DNA of 64,000 nt from Terriglobia bacterium (GCA_965262675.1 OZ253554.1:3220640-3284639), one strand, 5' to 3'. Positions 1 through 10,041 are shown, numbered from the stretch's first letter. Notes: generated by a model from the sequence alone, not told the origin. Translations and numbers: made by a program.

Positions 1-2
1 TG

Positions 3-761
3 GTGGGATCCGTTGGAGAGTTCCTGACGATCATCATCGCGACGATCTATAACATCGTGTTCTCGGTGGGGATCGGCATCGTGTTCGTTGTCGAGATACT
101 GGGTCTGGCGGGCGTTTTCGCGATCGCCTACCTCGTCCTGAAGACGCTACGCCTGCTGGTGTGGTGGTTCCCTTCCCAGTTCTCCCGCCTGGTGGACAGT
201 GAAGATCCTTCCGAGATTGGGGTTCGCGCCGGTCTGGCACTGATGATTGCGTTTGTGGCGGTCACGGAGTTGCTGGGAATGGAGGCCATTCTAGGAGCGT
301 TCCTGGCGGGCGCACTGTTCACTTTCGTGTTCCGGGAAAAGGGGATTCTCGAAACCAAACTTGCGGGAATCGGACACGGGTTTTTCATCCCCGTCTTCTT
401 CATTCATGTCGGTGTGGAATTCAATCTCCAGGCTCTGGGCACACTGGAAATCTACCCGCTGATGGGGCGCGTCATTCTCGTCTCGCTGGCAGTCAAGATA
501 CTGGCATCGCTAGTGTTCGTAACGATGGGTTTCTCTATCCGGCAAATCGCCGGCGCCGCGCTTCTGCTGGCGACACCTCTGACGCTGCTGGTGGCCATTG
601 CCGAGATTGGCCTCGATCTGGGCACGCTAACGGAGTTGGAAAACGCGACGATCATCCTGGTCGCGGTACTTTCGGGTCTGCTTTTCCCGACGGCGTACAA
701 GTGGTTGGCAAAAAAATCCAAAGCCGGCGCGCAAATATCGGAAGAAATTCAGCAACCCTGA
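3..761 (+). CDS. Cation:proton antiporter (CPA2/KefB-like), 5' partial
   Basis: Multi-TM protein with CPA2 motifs 'GMEAILGAFLAG' and 'GFFIPVFFIHVGV'; open at the window start. Confidence 0.85.
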   Translation: MGSVGEFLTIIIATIYNIVFSVGIGIVFVVEILGLAGVFAIAYLVLKTLRLLVWWFPSQFSRLVDSEDPSEIGVRAGLALMIAFVAVTELLGMEAILGAFLAGALFTFVFREKGILETKLAGIGHGFFIPVFFIHVGVEFNLQALGTLEIYPLMGRVILVSLAVKILASLVFVTMGFSIRQIAGAALLLATPLTLLVAIAEIGLDLGTLTELENATIILVAVLSGLLFPTAYKWLAKKSKAGAQISEEIQQP

Positions 762-784
762 CGGCGCCATTAAGGGCAACAGAC

Positions 785-1696
785 CTATCTGGCAGCGATG
801 ATCAGCGGTTCGCTCAGGGTAAACCCCAGCAAAGTCTCTGCCGGTATATACAGTTGCTCGCCACCGGTCAGCACCTGAACGGTGGCGGCGGCTCCGGCGC
901 CGACGCCGGCGCCGATAGCGGCGCCCTGCCCTCCCCCGGCGATTGCGCCGATGATAGCCCCGATCCCAGCGGCCGTACCGACGCGGCGCGCCGTTTCCTC
1001 GCCGCGCCCTTCCCTCACTTCAGCGTATTCCGCCGTATTCAGAGCGTAAGGCACGCCGTTGACGACGATTCGGGTCAATTCGAGCCGCAACTCCACGGCC
1101 CCTCGAACTCGCCCGCCGCTGGAAACCTGTGCAATCCTGCCGCGGATATCGACCCCTCGCGGCGCCACTTCAATACCTTCAACCAGTAGAGGCTGCTCCA
1201 GCGTCGCGGCGAAGGTTTCTCCGACCTCGTTCTCTTCGCTATCGATGGCGTCGATCATGCGGACCATCAGCCTCGAACCGCTCGGAATCGTCCAGGCGGT
1301 ATTCAGGGCGTTTTCAGCCTCCGGGCTTCGGCCAACCTCTTCACGCGTCCGGAGCCGCACGGACTCGTCATCCGTTTCCGGATTTGCCCTGACCAGCGCC
1401 GGCGGTTCGGTCCCGGTATCGGACGGCGGGACCGCCGCGGCCTGTTCCACTACCGCCGGTGTGGATGAAACCACGTCGTCGCCGAAGCGAATCTCCTGGA
1501 CGGTAAGAAGATCGTATTCGCCAACGCCCGTGTCGGTCCGGAAGCGAATGACTCGCGAACTTCCGCCTTCATAGTATCCGGAGATCCGGTTGCCGTTTCT
1601 GAGCACCAGGGTGTCGGCATAACCGATCCCGGACAGCGATATTGCCGCCGCCGGCAAAACCATCAGCAATAATATGTATTTGAAAGCCTGCCGCAT
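785..1696 (-). CDS. Exported hypothetical protein with a C-terminal VirB10/TrbI-like beta domain and glycine zipper
   Basis: Signal-like N-terminus MRQAFKYILLLMVLPAAA...; 'IPSGSRLMVRMIDAIDS...GETFAATL'; GAIIGAIAGGG zipper; paralogue of 61631..62272. Confidence 0.7.
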   Translation of the reverse strand: MRQAFKYILLLMVLPAAAISLSGIGYADTLVLRNGNRISGYYEGGSSRVIRFRTDTGVGEYDLLTVQEIRFGDDVVSSTPAVVEQAAAVPPSDTGTEPPALVRANPETDDESVRLRTREEVGRSPEAENALNTAWTIPSGSRLMVRMIDAIDSEENEVGETFAATLEQPLLVEGIEVAPRGVDIRGRIAQVSSGGRVRGAVELRLELTRIVVNGVPYALNTAEYAEVREGRGEETARRVGTAAGIGAIIGAIAGGGQGAAIGAGVGAGAAATVQVLTGGEQLYIPAETLLGFTLSEPLIIAAR

Positions 1697-1888
1697 GGGA
1701 CCCTCCATCTGGACATACTGGACATACGCGTTGAACAACCGGCAACTCGGCGTCTTAGACGCCTGAATTGACCGAATGTTACCATCCCAGCCAAGCCCGG
1801 ATCGGGGATTCGGACGATGGATTGAGCCGACGGCACGTGGCCCGACCCCCACGGGTTGTGCTACGGGCCGCAAGACCCCCGTCCGAAC

Positions 1889-1897
1889 TGCTAGAAT
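1889..1897 (+). promoter_or_regulatory. Extended -10 element for tRNA-Arg
   Basis: TGcTAGAAT ends 8 nt before the tRNA 5' end. Confidence 0.5.
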
Positions 1898-1905
1898 CGT
1901 TCCAT

Positions 1906-1978
1906 GCGCCCGTAGCTCAGAGGATAGAGCACCGGCCTTCTAAGCCGTAGGTCGCAGGTTCGAATCCTGCCGGGCGTA
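1906..1978 (+). tRNA. tRNA-Arg(TCT)
   Basis: Cloverleaf: acceptor GCGCCCG/CGGGCGT, D arm GCTC/GAGC, anticodon loop CTTCTAA, T arm GCAGG-TTCGAAT-CCTGC; CCA not encoded. Confidence 0.95.
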
Positions 1979-2209
1979 TTCATTCAGCAGGCACTTCGGC
2001 GGTCACCGCAAAAAGCTCGATCGCCCCCGGCATTCCGGTGCCTGGGAACCGAATCCGTGGGCGATTCGGGCAGACGATTCATGTTATAGTTATCGGCTGT
2101 GTGCGGTCCCAAACCGCGCGTCTGGAACAAGCCTGCAATACATTGTTTTCCGAACAGGCGTACAGGAGAGGTCCAGAAGAAAGCAGAAGAAAGAAAGAAG
2201 GAGCCAGAA

Positions 2210-4063
2210 GTGTCACAGCAGTCCCCCGGCACTGCGGTGCTGGACGAAGGTGGTGGAGGAGAAACGGCCCCTGCAATAAACGACTTCAGTATTCAGGTGG
2301 CCACAATCAACGGTTCGGGCAGTCAGTCTGCCAACATGGTGCTGATGCGATCCATCTTTCAGATGGGCATCCCGGTCAGTGGCAAGAACCTGTTCCCTTC
2401 CAACATCGCCGGCCTTCCAACCTGGTTCACGATCCGCGCCAACAAAGATGGCTGGACAGCTCGCCGGAAGGATCTCGACTTCCTGATTGCGATGAATCCG
2501 GCGACGGCCCGCGAAGACGTCATGAATCTGGGCCCGGGACGCGTCGTCGTTTACGAAGAGCGGTTGAATCTGTCCGATCTGCGCGACGACCTGATCTTTT
2601 ACCCTGTCCCCTTCGCCAAGCTGGCTACCAAAATCACCTCCGACTCGCGGTTGCGCAAGCTGCTGGCCAACATGCTGTACGTGGGTGTGGTCGGCGAGTT
2701 GCTGGCCATCGACACGAACGAGATCGAAACAGCCATCAAGAAACAGTTCAAAAGCAAGAAGAAAGCCGTCGAACTCAACATGCAGGCGATCGCGATCGGA
2801 ATGCGATACGCGCGGGAACAAATCGCCAAGGCCGACCCGTTTCGCTGCGAACGCATGGACAAGACGGTCGGCAAGATCATTGTTGACGGCAACTCCGCAT
2901 GCGCGCTGGGCGCCATGTTTGCCGGTGTGACTGTCGCCACCTGGTACCCGATCACACCGTCGTCGGCGCTTTGTGAAAGTCTGATGGGCTACATGGACCA
3001 GTACCGGCGTGACAAGGATGGCAACGCCACCTATGCGATCGTCCAGGCCGAAGACGAACTCGCCGCCGTGGGCATGGCGATCGGTGCAGGTTGGGCTGGG
3101 GCACGGGCGATGACCAGCACTTCCGGACCCGGCATCTCACTGATGTCCGAGTTTGTGGGTCTGGCGTATTACGCTGAAATCCCGATTGTCATCTACGACG
3201 TCATGCGCGTAGGCCCCAGCACGGGCCTTCCGACCAGAACTCAGCAATCGGACCTGCTCTCCCTGGCTCTGTTATCTCACGGGGACACCAAGCATGTCGT
3301 CATCATTCCCGGCAACATCGAAGAATGCTTCACCCTTTCGCTGGAAGCATTCAACCTTTCGGAGGGACTCCAGACACCGATCTTCGTCATGACGGATCTG
3401 GACCTGGGGATGAACAACTGGATGGCCGATCCGTTCGAGTACCCCACGGGAACAATCGATCGCGGCAAGGTGCTTTCGGCGGAAGACCTGGAACGCATTG
3501 GCGAATTCGGACGTTACCGGGACGTGGACGGCGATGCCATACCCTACCGGACAATCCCCGGAACCCATCATCCTCTGGCGTCGTACTTTACGCGCGGCAG
3601 CGGGCACGATGCCGATGCCAGGTACAGCGAACGCGCCGACGACTATGTGAACAATCTGGATCGACTGAACCGCAAGTACCAGACCGCGCGAAAGATGGTG
3701 CCGGCGCCCGTCGTCGATTACGTCGACGGTGCGAACGTGGGCCTGATTGCATTCGGTACGACTGATGTCGCGGTCGAGGAAAGCCGGGCAGAGCTGGAAG
3801 AGCAGCACGGCATGCGGGTGCACTACCTTCGGCTCCGCGCGCTTCCCTTTACCAGCGAACTCGCCGAATTTATCGATCGGTGCGACCGTGTTTACGTGAT
3901 CGAACAGAATCGCGATGCCCAGATGGCAGGCCTGATGCGGATGGAGTTATCGGGCGACAGAATCGCCAAGATCCGAAACATGCTGCACTATTCAGGTATC
4001 CCGCTTGACGCGCGCTTCATTACCGACGAGTTGATTGCGAGTGAACAGAAGGAGAACCGCTAG
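2210..4063 (+). CDS. korA: 2-oxoacid:ferredoxin oxidoreductase alpha subunit
   Basis: Motifs 'NGSGSQSAN', 'WYPITPSS', 'QAEDELAA', 'TSTSGPG', 'RVGPSTGLPT'; GTG start after AAGGAG. Confidence 0.93.
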   Translation: MSQQSPGTAVLDEGGGGETAPAINDFSIQVATINGSGSQSANMVLMRSIFQMGIPVSGKNLFPSNIAGLPTWFTIRANKDGWTARRKDLDFLIAMNPATAREDVMNLGPGRVVVYEERLNLSDLRDDLIFYPVPFAKLATKITSDSRLRKLLANMLYVGVVGELLAIDTNEIETAIKKQFKSKKKAVELNMQAIAIGMRYAREQIAKADPFRCERMDKTVGKIIVDGNSACALGAMFAGVTVATWYPITPSSALCESLMGYMDQYRRDKDGNATYAIVQAEDELAAVGMAIGAGWAGARAMTSTSGPGISLMSEFVGLAYYAEIPIVIYDVMRVGPSTGLPTRTQQSDLLSLALLSHGDTKHVVIIPGNIEECFTLSLEAFNLSEGLQTPIFVMTDLDLGMNNWMADPFEYPTGTIDRGKVLSAEDLERIGEFGRYRDVDGDAIPYRTIPGTHHPLASYFTRGSGHDADARYSERADDYVNNLDRLNRKYQTARKMVPAPVVDYVDGANVGLIAFGTTDVAVEESRAELEEQHGMRVHYLRLRALPFTSELAEFIDRCDRVYVIEQNRDAQMAGLMRMELSGDRIAKIRNMLHYSGIPLDARFITDELIASEQKENR

Positions 4064-4065
4064 TC

Positions 4066-5106
4066 ATGTCACCCACGACTGCTTCGCCACCGAAGACGAA
4101 TCGGATCGGCCTCGCCATCAACCAGTACAAGGGCGGCGACTCGACTCTATGCGCGGGCTGCGGTCACGATGCGATTACCAGCCAACTGATCCGGGCTTTC
4201 TGGGAGTACGGGGTCGAACCCCATCGTGTCGCCAAACTCAGCGGCATCGGATGCTCAAGCAAGACTCCGGCGTATTTCCTGAACCAGTCCCACGGGTTCA
4301 ACAGTGTTCATGGACGTATGCCTGCCGTCGGAACCGGCGCGATGCTGGCCAACAAGGATCTGATCGCGGTGGGCGTGAGCGGCGACGGCGACAGCGCCTC
4401 GATTGGTCTGGGACAGTTTTGTCATCTGCTGCGCCGCAACGTTCCGATGATCTACATCGTTGAAAACAACGGCGTCTATGGCCTCACGAAGGGTCAGTTT
4501 TCGGCAACAGCCGATTACGGATCGAGATCCAAGGGCGGGACGTTGAATAACCTGCCCGCAATCGACGTCTGCGCCCTTGCCATCCAGATGGGGTGCAATT
4601 TTGTCGCGCGCTCCTTTGCCGGCGACCCCAGGCAACTCGTCGCCCTGATCAAGGCGGCAATCAGCCACCGCGGCACCGTCCTTCTGGATGTGGTCAGCCC
4701 TTGTGTCACGTTCAACAACCATGAGGGATCGACCAAGAGCTATCCGTTCGCGAAACAACACGAAGAACTGCTGCACGAAATCTCATACGTGCCTTTTTTC
4801 GAGCAGATCGAAGTGGACTACGACGAAGGAACGGTGGCAAACGTCAAGCTGCATGACGGTTCGCATCTGAAGTTGCGCAAGGCCGACCGAAGCTACGACC
4901 CCACCAACAAGGCCGAAGCGCTGCAAATGCTGATCCAGACCAATACCGACGAGGAGCTTCTGACCGGGTTGATTTACGTCAGGGAAAACCAACCGGACTT
5001 CCTGTCCACGCTCGATCTCTGCGACAAGCCGCTGGCGCACCTGGGCCCGAAAGATATCGTCCCCAGTGCGGACGTTCTCCGCGAAGTCATGGAATCGCTG
5101 ATGTAG
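4066..5106 (+). CDS. korB: 2-oxoacid:ferredoxin oxidoreductase beta subunit
   Basis: 'LCAGCGH', 'SGIGCSSK', 'HGR', TPP motif 'SGDGD...ENNGVYGLTKGQFS', 'SPCVTFN'. Confidence 0.93.
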   Translation: MSPTTASPPKTNRIGLAINQYKGGDSTLCAGCGHDAITSQLIRAFWEYGVEPHRVAKLSGIGCSSKTPAYFLNQSHGFNSVHGRMPAVGTGAMLANKDLIAVGVSGDGDSASIGLGQFCHLLRRNVPMIYIVENNGVYGLTKGQFSATADYGSRSKGGTLNNLPAIDVCALAIQMGCNFVARSFAGDPRQLVALIKAAISHRGTVLLDVVSPCVTFNNHEGSTKSYPFAKQHEELLHEISYVPFFEQIEVDYDEGTVANVKLHDGSHLKLRKADRSYDPTNKAEALQMLIQTNTDEELLTGLIYVRENQPDFLSTLDLCDKPLAHLGPKDIVPSADVLREVMESLM

Positions 5107-5160
5107 TCCCTGGACCAGGCGCGCAACCCTCCGACGGATCTATTACGAGATGAACCGGTT

Positions 5161-5530
5161 CGATGGGCAGGATCGACCGCGCAATCAACTGTGCGTTTCC
5201 CCAGAATGTGCCGGTCGATGGGCAGGATCGACCGCGCAATCAACTGTGCGTTTCCCCAGAATGTGCCGGTCGATGGGCAGGATCGACCGCGCAATCAACT
5301 GTGCGTTTCCCCAGAATGTGCCGGTCGATGGGCAGGATCGACCGCGCAATCAACTGTACGTTTCCCCAGAATGTGCCGGTCGATGGGCAGGATCGACCGC
5401 GCAATCAACTGTACGTTTCCCCAGAATGTGCCGGTCGATGGGCAGGATCGACCGCGCAATCAACTGTGCGTTTCCCCAGAATGTGCCGGTCGATGGGCAG
5501 TGTCGAGCGCGAATTTAACCGTGTATTTCC
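5161..5530. repeat. 55-bp tandem repeat: 6 near-identical copies plus 1 degenerate copy
   Basis: Unit cgatgggcaggatcgaccgcgcaatcaactgt(g/a)cgtttccccagaatgtgccggt at 5161, 5216, 5271, 5326, 5381 and 5436; degenerate copy from 5491; hairpin cggtcgat-N7-atcgaccg spans each junction. Confidence 0.95.
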
Positions 5531-5754
5531 GCCCCCCATTCCACCAATGTCTTCTCGGTGACTTCTCCGCGGCATCGCGGGCACCGGGCCGGTTCCGAAA
5601 GGATGTAGTCCACGTCGGATCCGTCACTCCCGGTCACTTCGTCCAGGAGCCAGTCGAACGGCGTTTCGGCCTCGGAAGAGCAGAATTCGCAGGCGAGGAT
5701 CAGGGATTGGGCGCGGTAGGCGGTTGACTGAGACAGAGCAAGGACCCGGGACAT
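5515..5754 (-). CDS. Small zinc-ribbon-like hypothetical protein
   Basis: CEFC...CPRC cysteine pairs in about 79 aa; start uncertain (could extend to 5793). Confidence 0.6.
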   Translation of the reverse strand: MSRVLALSQSTAYRAQSLILACEFCSSEAETPFDWLLDEVTGSDGSDVDYILSEPARCPRCRGEVTEKTLVEWGAEIHG

Positions 5755-5983
5755 GCGAGGGTCGATGCACCCGCGAATCCAATCCTCAAACACTGTCGAA
5801 TCAATCGATTAGGGCTTCGAGTATTCGGGATTGTCACAGAAATCGCGCCATAACGGTCACGTTTTTCCGTCGCGGTTCATCCGCCCCGGTCGTCGGCCGG
5901 GCACAGCAGCATCCGCCAAAGCCGCTACGGACGAATGTTGGCAGATGTGGTAAATTACAGGTTTCACCTACTAAGGTTATTCC

Positions 5984-6895
5984 ATGCGTAACGTCATCAT
6001 CATTGGATCTGGCCCGGCCGGACTGACAGCGGCTGTATATGCCGCCCGAGCCAGTCTGAAACCCCTTTTGATCGAAGGTGCGGAACCTGGCGGGCAACTC
6101 ACGCTCACAACCATGGTTGAAAACTATCCCGGCTTTCCGGAAGGAATCATGGGACCGCAACTCATGGAGGACATGAAGAAGCAGGCCGAACGGTTCGGCA
6201 CCGAATTTCTTACGGGCTATGTCGACCGTGTGGAACTGGACGCAAGCCCGTTCCGGATCTTTGTCGACGAACAGAAATTCGAAGCCCGAACCGTGATCAT
6301 CTCGACCGGTTCTTCGGCAAAGCTGTTGGGTCTCGATAACGAGCGTCGTTTGATGGGCCATGGCGTATCCACCTGCGCCACCTGCGATGGGTTCTTCTTC
6401 AGAGGCAAGAAGATAGCAGTCATCGGCGGCGGCGACTCGGCGATGGAAGAGTCGACGTTTCTGACCAAATTCGCCACCGATGTCCAACTCATTCACCGCC
6501 GGGATGCCTTCAGGGCCTCGACGATCATGGCCGAGCGTGCACTGTCGAACGAGAAAATCAACGTGCACTACAGCACCGTGGTCGAAGACGTACTTGGAGA
6601 TAACGAAGTCACCGGAATCCGGATACGGAACAACAAGGCTGACAAGACTCGGGAGATCGATCTCGACGGTGTTTTCGTGGCGATCGGGCACAACCCGAAT
6701 ACCGGAATTTTAAGGGGATATGTCGACCTGGACGAGAAGGGCTACGTGAAGACCGTTCCAGGCTCGACTGCGACGAACATCCCGGGCGTATTTGCTTGCG
6801 GTGACGTTCAGGATCCCGTATTCAAGCAGGCGGTGACTGCCGCGGGGACCGGATGCATGGCCGCCCTGGAAGCTGAAAAATTTCTGGAACACTGA
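5984..6895 (+). CDS. trxB: Thioredoxin-disulfide reductase
   Basis: 'IIGSGPAG', 'CATCDG', 'IGGGDSAMEE', 'GVFACGDV'. Confidence 0.97.
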   Translation: MRNVIIIGSGPAGLTAAVYAARASLKPLLIEGAEPGGQLTLTTMVENYPGFPEGIMGPQLMEDMKKQAERFGTEFLTGYVDRVELDASPFRIFVDEQKFEARTVIISTGSSAKLLGLDNERRLMGHGVSTCATCDGFFFRGKKIAVIGGGDSAMEESTFLTKFATDVQLIHRRDAFRASTIMAERALSNEKINVHYSTVVEDVLGDNEVTGIRIRNNKADKTREIDLDGVFVAIGHNPNTGILRGYVDLDEKGYVKTVPGSTATNIPGVFACGDVQDPVFKQAVTAAGTGCMAALEAEKFLEH

Positions 6896-6908
6896 TAGGC
6901 AAACACCC

Positions 6909-7307
6909 ATGGAAGACGCAGAACACATATTCACTCGCGGCGAGGCCAGGAGCGTCCTGCCCCGCCTGAAGCCGCTACTCCGGGAAATTCGTGAAGAGTG
7001 GCTCCGGATCAAGGAACTGAACCCCGAGATCCAGAAGACCCGTGAAAAGGCCATGCTGGACGGGTACAGCCCCTACGGTGTCGAATATGTGGAGTCCGTG
7101 TCCCACCTGATGCACGTAATGAGTCAGGTTCGGGAAATGGGCGTACTGATCAAGGATCTCGACAAGGGGCTGGTCGATTTCCCTTATTTGAAACACGAGC
7201 GTGTGGTCTATCTGTGCTGGCACCTGGGTGAGGAATCCATCGACTACTGGCACGAAACGGAGTCTGGTTTTTCGTCGAGAGAACCGCTCGACGAAAACGA
7301 CGTATAA
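6909..7307 (+). CDS. DUF2203 family protein
   Basis: 'FTRGEARSVLP' and 'GVLIKDLDKGLVDFP...VYLCWHLGEESIDYWH...GFSSR' signature. Confidence 0.85.
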   Translation: MEDAEHIFTRGEARSVLPRLKPLLREIREEWLRIKELNPEIQKTREKAMLDGYSPYGVEYVESVSHLMHVMSQVREMGVLIKDLDKGLVDFPYLKHERVVYLCWHLGEESIDYWHETESGFSSREPLDENDV

Positions 7308-7322
7308 CTTCCCATTCATTTC

Positions 7323-7703
7323 ATGACCGGGCAATCCGACAGGGTTTTCGTTTCCGAGATCGAATGTGCTTCCGCCATCGGCGTCACGGACGAAGAGCGT
7401 GCCGCGCCCCAGCGCTTGTCCATCGATGTCGAGGTCATGACCGACCTGCGCGCCGCAGCTGCCAGCGATGACGTTGCCGATTCCGTGGATTACGGGCAAA
7501 TCGTCCGAATGGTGGCGGACATGGCCGGCAATCGGGAGTACCGCTTGTTGGAATCTCTGGCCGAGCGCATTGCCGGTGGCGTTCTCACTGTACTGGGCGG
7601 CGATTCCGTCCGGGTTCTCGTGCGAAAACTGTCGGCCCCGATACCGACGCCGCTGAAATTTGTATCGGTGGAAGTCGTGCGGCAGAGCAAGAATCGAGCG
7701 TAA
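7323..7703 (+). CDS. folB: Dihydroneopterin aldolase
   Basis: 'IGVTDEER...Q.L.IDV', 'SDDVADSVDY', 'LLESLAE', 'VRK.SAP'. Confidence 0.9.
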   Translation: MTGQSDRVFVSEIECASAIGVTDEERAAPQRLSIDVEVMTDLRAAAASDDVADSVDYGQIVRMVADMAGNREYRLLESLAERIAGGVLTVLGGDSVRVLVRKLSAPIPTPLKFVSVEVVRQSKNRA

Positions 7704-7921
7704 CCGATTCTGAACGAAAGCCGCTTGGGCCCATATTTCTATTGAAGAACCCGAAAAAGCTGCGCTATTCTACGTCCCACCTATATGACAGCTCGGCAAA
7801 CTGTACCTGTCAGACTGAAAACGGAAATCTTAATCAAATCTGACCGGTTTCAATCGACCGGAAAGCGCTTTCAAGACTACTGTTCAGGCGGAGAGAAGCG
7901 CGCGTTCCCAAGGAGGCACCT

Positions 7922-10018
7922 TTGGCACCCTTAACCAAGCAACAATCAGTCGGTACCCGGGCAATGAAGTTTGTGGACGCCGCTGTCTGCTATTCGGCGG
8001 GAAAGACCCTTGACACGATTCAATACGTGGCGAAGTATGACGTGAAGGCCTCATTCACTCCGAAATGGGCCGAAAAACCCCTCCAGAAGTCATGGCAGAA
8101 GACCAAACCTGCTCTGGGGTGGCCACGGCAAACCGACTCGCTCTGTCCGAAGTGCGTACTGGAAGCCCGCGAAGCGATCATCAACGGCACGCAGGACTGG
8201 ACAACGCTGCTCCACGAAAAAGTCGGCGAAGTGAAAGCCGACATTATCGAGCGCGACGGGCAGGTGTGGATGGTCAAGGATTGCCCGCTCCACGGTAAGG
8301 TCGAAGACATGATGGCGGTGGATGTCCGCTTCCTGGAATGGATCGAAAAGAATTTCCCGGGACGGGACATGCCGTCGCACAACGACGAAGACCTCCACAA
8401 TCATGGCTCGAGCACGATCAAGCATGGGCGGGGCTCGGTGCTGACCGTCGATCTCACGAACCGCTGCAACATGATGTGCGATCCGTGTTTCATGGACGCC
8501 AATCAAGTCGGTTACGTGCATGAACTGACATGGGACGACGTCAAGGAAATCATGGACAACGCGATGGAAATCAAGCCGCGTCGTCAGATGTCGATCCAGT
8601 TCTCCGGCGGCGAACCGACGATGTCTCCGTTTTTCCTGGATGCCGTCAGTTACGCCCGGAAGTTGGGTTTTTCAAGTACGCAAGCCGCGAGCAACGGTAT
8701 CGAGTTCGCCAAGAGCAAGGAGTTCTGCCGCCAAGCGGCGGAAGCCGGTCTGCGGTTCGTCTACCTGCAGTTCGACGGCGTCGGAAACGATGCCAACAGC
8801 CACCGCCAGGTGGGCAACCTGTTCGATGTGAAACTTCGGGCAATCAACAACCTGCACGAAGCTGGCGTGGAGATCATCCTGGTGGTGACGCTGGTCAACG
8901 GCGTCAACAACGATCAGGTGGGTTCCATTCTGCGTTTCGCGATGGACAACCCCAAGAAGATCGCGTTCATCGCGTTCCAACCCGTCTCGTTCACGGGGCG
9001 TGACGAAGAGGTGACCCCCGAACGGCGTTTGCGGCAACGGTATACGCTGTCGCATCTGGCGCATGACGTGAAACAGCAGGTCGGTATCACCGAACCCACA
9101 CGCGACTGGTTTCCCCTGTCCCTGATGGGCTCCTTTGCCGACTTTGCCGACCTCGCTCATGGCCCGGGCCGCGAATGGGGGCAGGTCAGTTGCGGTTGCC
9201 ACCCGAACTGCGGTGTCGGTACGGCGCTGATGATCAACAAGGAAACCAAGGAGATGGCACCCGTCCCGCAGTTCCTGAATATCCCGGGACTGGTCTCCGA
9301 CATGCAGAAAATCACGGACATGGGCCGTGGCAAATGGATGTCCAACGGTCTGATGGGACTGGCGCTGCTGAAGCACTACAACCCCCACAAGGCGCCCGGC
9401 GGCCTCACATTGTCCGCCCTGTTCAAGAAGTTCGACAAATCGTTCGGTCTGACCGGAAGAAACTATGGTTCCATCGATGGAAATTCCCGTTTGGATGACG
9501 TCGAGAAACGTCGTTCAGACCCCTGGAACTTCCTTTTCGTTGCGGGCATGTGGTTCCAGGATCTGTTCAACTATGACTTCCGCCGCACCGAGATGTGCAT
9601 CATTCCGTACGCGACACAGTTGGGAGAGATCTCCTTCTGTGCGTACAACACCGGAATCGGCTGGCGGAACATCATCGAAAACATGTTCAAGACCCACACG
9701 GTCGCCGAATGGTATCGGGAGCATGGAAAGCACGGCGTCTATGCGGGCGGCAAGAACGTTGAACTTGAAACCACCGAACACAGCCTCAAGATTCGCGCCG
9801 AGGATGCAAACCGGGTCCGCGACCGCGGCGAACTTCCCATGACGGCTGCCGATGAAGAAAAGCAACGCCGGCAGGCCGAGCGTGAAGCGCAAAAAGCCCG
9901 GGAGATCTACGAAGAGATGGTGATGGGCAAACGCCCGAGCAAGATGGATCTGATCAAGATCGAAGTCCTGAACCGCAGGGAAGAAGATAAAGAAGAGGCC
10001 CTTTCCGCCAGCAAGTAG
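7922..10018 (+). CDS. tes: Radical SAM protein, tetraether lipid synthase (Tes/GDGT-MAS, MJ0619) family-like
   Basis: N-terminal CPKC...CPLHG; 'DLTNRCNMMCDPCF'; 'QFSGGEPT'; 'YLQFDG'; 'QPVSFTGR'; 'CGCHPNCG'; 'MC...FCAYN'; TTG start after AGGAGG. Confidence 0.8.
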   Translation: MAPLTKQQSVGTRAMKFVDAAVCYSAGKTLDTIQYVAKYDVKASFTPKWAEKPLQKSWQKTKPALGWPRQTDSLCPKCVLEAREAIINGTQDWTTLLHEKVGEVKADIIERDGQVWMVKDCPLHGKVEDMMAVDVRFLEWIEKNFPGRDMPSHNDEDLHNHGSSTIKHGRGSVLTVDLTNRCNMMCDPCFMDANQVGYVHELTWDDVKEIMDNAMEIKPRRQMSIQFSGGEPTMSPFFLDAVSYARKLGFSSTQAASNGIEFAKSKEFCRQAAEAGLRFVYLQFDGVGNDANSHRQVGNLFDVKLRAINNLHEAGVEIILVVTLVNGVNNDQVGSILRFAMDNPKKIAFIAFQPVSFTGRDEEVTPERRLRQRYTLSHLAHDVKQQVGITEPTRDWFPLSLMGSFADFADLAHGPGREWGQVSCGCHPNCGVGTALMINKETKEMAPVPQFLNIPGLVSDMQKITDMGRGKWMSNGLMGLALLKHYNPHKAPGGLTLSALFKKFDKSFGLTGRNYGSIDGNSRLDDVEKRRSDPWNFLFVAGMWFQDLFNYDFRRTEMCIIPYATQLGEISFCAYNTGIGWRNIIENMFKTHTVAEWYREHGKHGVYAGGKNVELETTEHSLKIRAEDANRVRDRGELPMTAADEEKQRRQAEREAQKAREIYEEMVMGKRPSKMDLIKIEVLNRREEDKEEALSASK

Positions 10019-10041
10019 CTACCGCATTCAGCCAAATATAG

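Noticed and set aside
785-1696. Conjugative/T4SS element suggested by VirB10-like proteins next to tRNAs (also 61631..62272)
   Set aside because: No other T4SS, relaxase or integrase genes are present, and both sit in housekeeping context.
5161-5500. CRISPR array
   Set aside because: The units are identical along their whole length, with no unique spacers and no cas genes. The three repetitive ORFs here are by-products of the 55-bp period.
7323-10018. Radical SAM gene as a pterin methyltransferase because it follows folB
   Set aside because: That older MJ0619 annotation was superseded by lipid-coupling activity. A 218-bp gap with a separate RBS also argues against tight coupling to folB.
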